A DNA stretch of 64,000 nucleotides, taken from Ascoidea asiatica JCM 7603. Its lineage: Eukaryota; Fungi; Ascomycota. The notes under the pieces were generated by a model. That model saw only the letters and a list, made by a program, of their open reading frames with translations. It did no database searches and had not been told where the DNA came from. Of this stretch, positions 55,601 to 64,000 are shown piece by piece. The stretch is from the NCBI GenBank assembly GCA_001600695.1, contig BCKQ01000001.1, forward strand, positions 1,343,950 to 1,407,949, written 5' to 3'. Made by a program: the position numbers and the translations under genes. The stretch's first letter is position 1. Every line of letters starts with the position of its first letter.

Positions 55601-57220
55601 ACGAGTAACAACAACTGACAACAACTGACAACCCATACTAAAACTATTCTGTAGAATTCAAAATCCATGATTAAGTTTTAGAGCAAAGAATAAATTGAAT
55701 TTGTGATAAAAATAAAATGTAAGAAAACCAGTGCCCTGACATGTTTGCACATCCATGGTAGCAGGATGGATAAAAGAAAAGAAGTAATAGGAAAATTTTA
55801 ACAGATATCAATATTTTGTACCTAATTCAAATTCATTGTGCTGGATGAAATTCTTCTTGCCAGCAAAATAATTCTAATGAATTGTTTGATTGATTTATTT
55901 TTCTGTCGATTACTCAATAAACTTTAAATCAATTAAAAAGCAATCATGTAACGAAGAGATATATTGTCCTCTGTGAGTCGAGTCAAAAGCAAAGCATCAA
56001 AAGCAATTGTTAGACGTTCTAGAAACCACTGTAATGGGTCACTGCAGAAAAGAGTTTCTACTACATACACGGGACTTTAGACGCATGCTCTTTCAACAGC
56101 AGCATTTGATCCAGCGCTGTGGGGGGATTTACTGACATTTTAGGACAATCCCAGCAGAAGGAGAAGGAGTCGAACAAAGTTAAATGGACATCATACAAGA
56201 AGTACAATTACTCCTTCTACTTACTATCAACATTTACAGTCTCTGATAAGAATTGATATCATAATGATTACAAAATCAATTCTTTCTATGACTCTCAAAA
56301 GGTTCTTTTGTCTATAAATTTGGTCTTGTCAATAACTCCAGTCATATATCAGTCACTTGATCAAGCCAGAGAACCCGTAGATTTGGCTCCTCTTCTGTTT
56401 TTATCGTGTTTTGATCCTGGGTTTCTGGATTGCCCTGCTCTGGCCACGGGGTTTCTGTTTGTAAAAACAGAACTTTTTTTCAAGTCCATAAAACATGGAA
56501 TGGCTGTTACAGACACATCAAATAGCCCGCTTCAAACTCAATTCCAAAAACATCAGTCACAAAAATAAACAGAACATAACATAAAAACTGAAATATTCTA
56601 CGACCGTGACTTTTAAGAAAGCATTCTCCTGTTTTATAGCTGTGTTAAGCTGTTTTACACGGTATACCGATGTCCAGCTACCACATATCTCCCTGCAACA
56701 CTGAGACAACTGCGGCCACCCCCTTGCTAAAACCTTCTACAAACCACATTCTTTCCATCACATTCTTACCACGTAATTCATATTTCCATACAATTCTTTT
56801 CAATTCTTTTAAATTCTTCGCTCTTTTTTGCAAATTTGCCCATATTTTTACTTTTTTTTAGGAAATTATTAAAATTTCCTAACCTTTTTTGCTAATAAAC
56901 TACAAACAATTTCACTGAATTGCAAATTTTTATTAAACAAACCAAAAATTTTCATTTTAAATTTTTCCTTACTTTTTTTACTAAGGAAAAAATTTTCACC
57001 AATCATCAAAATTTTCTCTCTTTTAGTTTCAATTGTTTCCTAAGTTCAATTTACTATTTATAATCTACTTTCTTCTTGTTTATCTAATTATTATTATTAT
57101 TTATTTTTTTTTCTCTCTTTTCTTCTTTTTCTTTTTCCTTTTTAATTTCTTTATAGTAATATATTTTAATTATCTTAACTTGTTATTTTATATTTGAGTT
57201 TACTTTTATATATATTCAAA

Positions 57221-58597
57221 ATGGGTAAAGCTAAAGCACATATTAATGTTGTCGTTATCGGTCACGTCGATTCCGGTAAATCAACAACCACTGGTCATTT
57301 AATTTATAAATGTGGTGGTATTGATAAACGTACTATTGAAAAATTCGAAAAAGAAGCTGCTGAATTAGGTAAAGGTTCTTTCAAATATGCTTGGGTTTTA
57401 GATAAATTAAAGGCTGAAAGAGAAAGAGGTATTACCATTGATATCGCTTTATGGAAATTCGAAACTCCAAAATATTATGTTACTGTCATTGATGCTCCAG
57501 GTCATAGAGATTTTATTAAAAATATGATTACTGGTACTTCTCAAGCTGATTGTGCCATTTTAATTATTGCTGGTGGTGTAGGTGAATTCGAAGCTGGTAT
57601 TTCAAAAGATGGTCAAACTAGAGAACATGCTTTATTAGCTTATACTTTAGGTGTTAAACAATTAATTGTTGCCGTTAATAAAATGGATTCGGTTAAATGG
57701 TCTCAAGCTAGATTTACTGAAATTAAGAAAGAAGTTTCTAATTTCATTAAAAAAGTTGGTTTCAATCCAAAAACTGTTGCTTTCGTTCCAATCTCTGGTT
57801 GGAATGGTGATAACATGATTGAACCATCAACCAACTGTCCATGGTATAAAGGATGGGAAAGAGAAACCAAACAAGGTAAATACAGTGGTAAAACTTTATT
57901 AGAAGCTATTGATTCTATTGAACCACCAGCCAGACCAACTGATAAACCATTACGTTTACCTTTACAAGATGTTTATAAGATTGGTGGTATTGGAACAGTA
58001 CCAGTTGGTAGAGTTGAAACCGGTACTATTAAAGCTGGTCAAATAGTTACTTTCGCCCCAGTTGGTGTTACCACTGAAGTCAAATCCGTTGAAATGCATC
58101 ATGAAACCTTAACTGCAGGTTTACCTGGTGATAACGTTGGTTTCAATGTTAAAAATGTTTCTGTTAAAGAAATTAGAAGAGGTAATGTTTGTGGTGATGC
58201 TAAACAAGATCCACCAAAAGGTTGTGCTTCTTTTGATGCTCAAGTTATTATCTTAAATCATCCTGGTCAAATTAATGCTGGTTATTCACCAGTTTTAGAT
58301 TGTCATACTGCTCATATTGCTTGTAAATTTTCAGAATTATTAACCAAAATTGATAGAAGATCTGGTAAAAAATTAGAAGAATCTCCAAAAACTATTAAAT
58401 CTGGTGATGCTGCAATTGTTAGAATGGTTCCATCAAAACCAATGTGTGTTGAAGCTTTTACTGATTATCCACCATTAGGTAGATTTGCTGTCAGAGATAT
58501 GAGACAAACTGTTGCTGTCGGTGTTATCAAGAAAGTTGATAAATCTGAAGTTGCTGCTAAAGTTACTAAAGCTGCTGCTAAAGCCGCTAAAAAATAA
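57221..58597 (+). CDS. TEF1: Translation elongation factor EF-1 alpha, 458 aa (ATG at 57221)
   Basis: [18 protein letters not shown] and NKMD motifs; strongly biased codon usage. Confidence 0.99.
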   Translation: MGKAKAHINVVVIGHVDSGKSTTTGHLIYKCGGIDKRTIEKFEKEAAELGKGSFKYAWVLDKLKAERERGITIDIALWKFETPKYYVTVIDAPGHRDFIKNMITGTSQADCAILIIAGGVGEFEAGISKDGQTREHALLAYTLGVKQLIVAVNKMDSVKWSQARFTEIKKEVSNFIKKVGFNPKTVAFVPISGWNGDNMIEPSTNCPWYKGWERETKQGKYSGKTLLEAIDSIEPPARPTDKPLRLPLQDVYKIGGIGTVPVGRVETGTIKAGQIVTFAPVGVTTEVKSVEMHHETLTAGLPGDNVGFNVKNVSVKEIRRGNVCGDAKQDPPKGCASFDAQVIILNHPGQINAGYSPVLDCHTAHIACKFSELLTKIDRRSGKKLEESPKTIKSGDAAIVRMVPSKPMCVEAFTDYPPLGRFAVRDMRQTVAVGVIKKVDKSEVAAKVTKAAAKAAKK

Positions 58598-58902
58598 GTT
58601 GAAGATTAATTTATTTTTCTATATTTCATTTCTATAATTTTATATTTTTAATGAATTAATTTAATTCTTTTATGAAAAAAAATCATAACTTATTATTAAT
58701 GTATTTCTAGATTATCTTTACCTCTAGTAAATCTCTTTTTTGACTTAGTTTTTATGATTAATTCAATTTAATCAAAAAACCTCAACATCCTTCTGTTAAA
58801 ATATAAATATTTCTATATAAATGTATATATCTACTGCAAATTTATGCAAAAATTATTAAACTTTCTTTTTATTTATTGATATTTATTAATATTTATTAAT
58901 AT

Positions 58903-60176
58903 TTATTCATCAGATTCATCATCATCAACTTCAAAATCCAATTGATCTAAAAGATTATTTTGATCTTGAACATAATTTAAATTTGAAGATGAAGGAAATT
59001 GATTGGTTGTTGAAGATAATGAAACATATTCTCTTCTCTGTTTATATCTAAATAAATTTTTAACCTTACTAGAAATCTAATTTTAAAAAATATAAAATGT
59101 AAATTATAAATTATTAATTAATAATTATTTAAAAAAAAAATTAAGAATATGATGTCAGTGGATAATTCATTTATGAAAAATCTAATTAAAAAAAAAAGAG
59201 TATTATGATTAAAATGCATAATATAATATGTATGCAAGAATTAAAAGAACAAGCAAAAATGATAATGTGAATAAAGCAAGAAAAAAATAAAGATAAAGAA
59301 AAGAAAAATTAATTTATTAATTGATTACTTACGTTATTAAAGAATTTGAAATCATGAGAATTAGTATTATGATGATAATTTGGTAATGGTATACCTTGTC
59401 TCCAAGTACGTCTTTTTGATAAGAATTTTCTATACATAAAACCAGCACCAAAAGAAACAAATAAGAAAGCCAATAATATTAAAAAGAATATTGATAAAGC
59501 AGCTTTATCATCAGCTTTTTGAGCAGTTGCACAAGCATGAATTGTTCTAACTTCAAAAAAATAATCACAATCATTTAAAACACCAACAAAAGATATTGAA
59601 GCTTTTGTTGGAATTTCTCTATCACAAGTAAAACTTAAAATAGTTGACTTTCTTAAATTTGAATTAGGATTTGAATTTGAATTACAATAACTACCATTTG
59701 TATAAGTTAAAGTTAATTTTCTACCTCTAAATACAGGAATTGTTGAAAAATCACCAATTGAAAATTTATTACCATTTAAATCAGTATAAAAAGCTCCAAC
59801 AGTTGAAGAATTATAAATATCTATAATTTCTGAATTTTTTTTTAATGGAGAAGAACAAAATCCAATTGTAAAATTTTTACCATAATCCCAACCTTTTGCA
59901 GCCCAGCCTAAAGGACTTGATACAATTGGAGTATTTGAATTCGGGTTAGTAGAAGATAAAGTATCCTCATTGTTTATATCTGGAGAAAGTTTTAAAATTA
60001 AAGAAGATAAATCAATAAAACCATTAGTTGCAGGATTTACTACGGTACATGGATCTAAAGTTGGAACTGGTTCAGGAGTATCAGTATCTTTCTGATCAGG
60101 ATTTGAATTTGTGTTTGATAAAGTATCTAATACACTACTTTTTGAAGATATATCAGTTGGAGTATCTATATTTTTA

Positions 60177-60237
<61 letters not shown>

Positions 60238-60421
60238 CTATATTTGTTGGTTTATTACCCGTAGAAATGATATTGTTTTGCTCTATTAAATTATCAGATA
60301 TATCAAATGGATTTGAATTTCTTTTATTTAAGATTATATTTGAATTCGATGAAGATACTTTTAGTATGAAATAATTTAAGATTGAAAAAATGATTAAAAT
60401 TGATTTTGAATTAATAATCAT
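58903..60421 (-). CDS. MRL1: Mannose-6-phosphate receptor-like sorting receptor; 2 exons (60421-59333, 59076-58903), 420 aa
   Basis: Signal peptide; MRH domain (PCTVVNP..GFIDLS, GWDYGKNFTIGFC, STILSFTCDRE, CDYFFEVRTIHAC); TM helix; exon 2 supplies an acidic tail. Neighbour of TEF1 as in S. cerevisiae. Confidence 0.85.
59077..59332 (-). other. 3'-located intron of MRL1
   Basis: GTAAGT donor at 59332; TTAG acceptor ending at 59077; phase 0; opens a 57-codon exon. Only degenerate branch candidates (TATTAAT). Confidence 0.75.
60181..60237 (-). repeat. (AAT)n poly-Asn tract in MRL1
   Basis: Read directly. Confidence 0.92.
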
Positions 60422-61656
60422 TTTGAATATAAATTTAATGAAAATGAAATAATTTAACGCTGATTGAATTTATAATTGTTGTTTTTTTTTATTATTAATG
60501 AAATAAAATGTAAATGAAATATGTTAGAAAAGTAATAGATTAATGAATCTCGAGCGCTGGAATTAAGTAAGTTAGTAGATGATGATGATATTAAATCAGG
60601 AGAATATTAAAGGATTTTGAAAGTACTTTGAAAAAATGGAGATTAAAGATGTTATTTCTTTATATTATTTCTTGATGATTTCTAGTTATTAGGGTCTTAT
60701 TGGATAAAATGGATAGGCTGGATCTACTGTAGTTAATATATTCAATAATAATAATTAAAGTACCATAGCTACAGTACTTACTTTAATACTTACTTTAATA
60801 CTTACTGCAGTATCACATTTCAGAGGGTATTGAAATAAAACAGAAGAAAACGAGCAACGCGCAGAGCAGACCCAATCCTCTTGACACAACAGGGCCACCC
60901 GACACGGTGACGCTACCACCCTCACGGTGCGGTAGCTGGCCAGGCGCTATTCTTGAAATTGAATCAGTATCAGTTACGTAATCAGCCGGTGTTCACAGCT
61001 ATCACAGCTATCGGCTATCTGTTAAAAGAGCAAGCACCGCACCACAGCACTCGCTTATATTCCTAATCTGGAAACATACCGAGAATGAATTATAAGCCAA
61101 ATCATTCCGGTGTTAAACCAAAATTCGAAACAATCATGTGAACTGTTTTTTTATATAATTACCCCGGTTTGATTGACACTGTGAAAATGCTGAATTTTTC
61201 TGTTGATTCAAATGCTTTTTATGCTTTTGATGCTTTTGATGTTTTTGCTGCTTTTGGTGTATTTGATGCTTTGAATTTCTTTACTTAAACAAATTTATTT
61301 AAACTTTTGCTCCTGGAAACACAAAAGCTACAATGTATGCGATAACAATCCAGATTCTTAATTTCAATAAAATCAATTAAACATTATGATTTTGGTTGAA
61401 TTTTATACTATTTTAACTAATGTCATTAAGAATGAAAGATAATTATTCAATTATTGATCAAATTATCTATTAAATCACAAATTGCTTCTAAAATATAGCT
61501 TTTGAAAAAAATTTAGGAAATTATAAATCGAAAGTATTTATTATCATTGTTTTTATTATTGTCAATTATTATATCGATCAATTATGAAATTTAAATTTTA
61601 ATATATTATATTATTACAATATTTTCAGTTAAATCATTCAGATTAAGATTAATAAA

Positions 61657-64000
61657 ATGGATGAAATTAATGATACAAATCCAATTGATCAATTGAATCA
61701 AATAAATCAATTTAATAATAATGATCGAGCTACAAGTAAAGGTAGTTATTTTCAAGGAACAATATCTTCAGCTTCTTTATTATCTTTGGATTTAAAAGAA
61801 ATAAATTCAAAATTAAATAATATCAATAATATCCATAATAATATCAATAACGGTGATAATATTAATGAATTTTTACCTAAATCAACATGTAATTTAAATA
61901 TTAATCATAATCTCAATTTAAATCAAAATTTAACTAAAACTGATCAAGTTAATCAAATAAATCAAATTGAATCAATCTCCAATAACTTAAATAATACTAA
62001 TAATATTAATAATAATCAAAATAATTTGAAATATATAGAAAACAATTTTAGCTCTCATGATGATATCAATACTCAAATTTCAAATAAAATTCAAGATAGT
62101 GATGATGATTATAATAAAAGTTTATCCTCTTTTTTAGCTTTACCAACTTCTACTCCTCCTCCAACTCCTGCTCTTGCCCCAATTTTAAATCCAATTTCTG
62201 CTCCAATTTCTATTCAATTGCAAAATTCAAATATTAATACTTCTCAACAAATTAGACAACCTATTTCCCAACCAATTTCACGACCTGTTTCTAATTCAAA
62301 TTCAAATTCCGAAATTATTCTTTCCGGAATGAAGATTAAACCACCAAGATCAACTTCAAAATTATTTTCAAATTTAAAACAATTATTCACTTTAAGTCCA
62401 ATTTCTTCTCCATTAGAAAATTCAAATAAAAAAAGTATTATAAACACTAATAATGCTAGTGCTAAAATGAATATTAATACTAATACTACTAATAATAATA
62501 ATAGTAATACTCTTGAATCTGATAAGATTTCATTAGTTGATAATATTGATTCAAATTTATATTCTAGTTCTAATTCTGTTGATAATGATATTGAGCTAGA
62601 TGAAGCAATGGCTGATTTAAATAATATAAATTTAGAATTATCTTTAGATCGCAATTCCCCTGTATTTGATTCAGAAATGAAACAAAAATTTGGTATTTCA
62701 AGTAATATTTCTTTAAATGATTCATTTCAGAATTCAAATAATAACTATGAATATAATAATTATAATAATTTATATCAATATAAAAGTCCATTTATTAATA
62801 GCTCAAATTCTAATTCAAATTCACATTCTCAAATTTTTGATAACATTCAGCACTCTTTAGATCCTTCACACAATCAATCTAAATATATATATCAACCTCA
62901 ACCTCAACCTCAACCTCAACCTCAATCTCAACCTCAATATAATAATCAATCAAATATCCATTATTATCAATCTTTTCAATCTTTTTCTCAATCCAACTCT
63001 GATATTCAGTCTCAAACTGATAATGATAATGATTTACAAGTAAAAAAACCTTTGAAGGATATTAATGAAAACATTAGCTCTGGAGAAACAATAACTGAAA
63101 TGAAACAAGAAGATTTAAAAGATATAAAAGATGATATTAATGAAAACTGTTTCTCTTCTCAATCTTCCCCAACTTTAAGTGCAGAATCTGAAAATTTAAA
63201 AAATAAAGATTCATTCTCCTCAAATTCAAATGAATTACCAATACAATCTCCATATATACCTCCTCCAATTGAAAGGGGTTTAAGATTAGTTTCTTCTTGT
63301 TCAAATACTGCCTCATTATCTAAAAAACAAACAAATTTATCAAATTCTTCAATTTCAAAATATTCTCAAATTGTACATCATGAAGAATCTAATTCTCAAT
63401 ATTTAAATCAAAAAAGTTCCGTTTCTCAAATTTCTCAAATTTCTACGAATTCTAATAATATAAATTATATCAATACTAATAGTAATATTAATATTGATAG
63501 TAATATTAATAGTGTTGAACCTTATTCTCAGTATTCTTCAAGTAATTATTTACCATCTCAATATTGTAATTATTTTTTTTTATATACTTTTTTAAAAGTT
63601 AAATTAGACAATTGTTTTTTTGAAATTTAAATACTAATTACTTTTTTTTCAAGGAAAAAATTCTGGCTTTTATTCAGAGACTTTTGACTCAGATAATCAG
63701 GTTATATCTGAAGCAGAAAGACCATTAACGGCTCTATCAATCGAAAGATCTAATGATTCTTTAAATCGAAATATTCAATTCAAAAATTCTTTGAAAATTG
63801 CTGATGAACTTGATAAATCTGATACAAATATTAATATTAATATAATGCAAAATGTTTCTAATCCTAATTGGATGGAAAAAAATATTGATTCGGCATTTAA
63901 TATGGGGGAAGATATTTCTGCAGAAATTCGAGAATATGATTCAGATTTTGAATCTAGAATAATGCTAAATAATTTAGGAAAGCCTTATGTTACTGATTCA
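61657..64000 (+). CDS. Unidentified N/S/Q-rich protein; probably spliced (61657-63541, 63654->64000) and running past the window end
   Basis: 657-codon ORF, then TACTAAT at 63632-63638 and AAG at 63651-63653, then 115 open codons to the window edge. Confidence 0.7.
63542..63653 (+). other. Putative intron (GTAATT donor, TACTAAT branch, AAG acceptor)
   Basis: The donor at 63542 joins A+GA = Arg in frame; T-rich intron interior. Confidence 0.6.

Noticed and set aside
57194-57220. N-terminal extensions of TEF1, SAS2 and CYK3 in the ORF track
   Set aside because: They arise from TTG starts; the in-frame ATGs are at 57221, 10637 and 52685.
61335-61430. 5'-UTR intron (GTATGC...AACTAAT...AAG) before the last gene
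   Set aside because: All three signals are degenerate and there is no reading-frame test; chance match is likely in AT-rich DNA.
1-64000. CRISPR arrays, prokaryotic systems, horizontally acquired genes
   Set aside because: All repeats are simple tandem repeats without spacers, and all recognised genes are native fungal housekeeping genes.

Overview
Eukaryotic DNA from a very AT-rich, intron-bearing budding yeast (Saccharomycotina). The style suggests an Ascoidea- or Pachysolen-like lineage, but that is inference only. The window holds about 21 protein genes in this order: RSA3, URA2, a candidate orphan membrane ORF, SAS2, ECM16/DHR1, RPL42, a GH18 chitinase, tRNA-Val(UAC), FUR1, EPL1, TRM10, JIP5, DPB11, PAF1, PHO88/SND3, an ankyrin-DIL protein, a SIP4-like Zn2Cys6 factor, MON1, RRP6, CYK3, TEF1, MRL1 and a truncated low-complexity gene. 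Five spliceosomal introns were not resolved by the ORF track. RPL42 is missing from that track altogether. Most notable observations: (1) Ura2 has lost the entire pseudo-dihydroorotase domain. (2) A 3' intron in MRL1 decides whether the receptor carries sorting signals. (3) Twin splice donors in the last gene give either read-through or a junction stop codon. (4) An extreme-AT gene block carries GC-rich promoter islands, one of which invades the 3' end of JIP5. (5) CTG codons are rare and almost confined to non-conserved sequence, raising the question of CUG reassignment. No mobile element, rRNA or CRISPR array could be supported.
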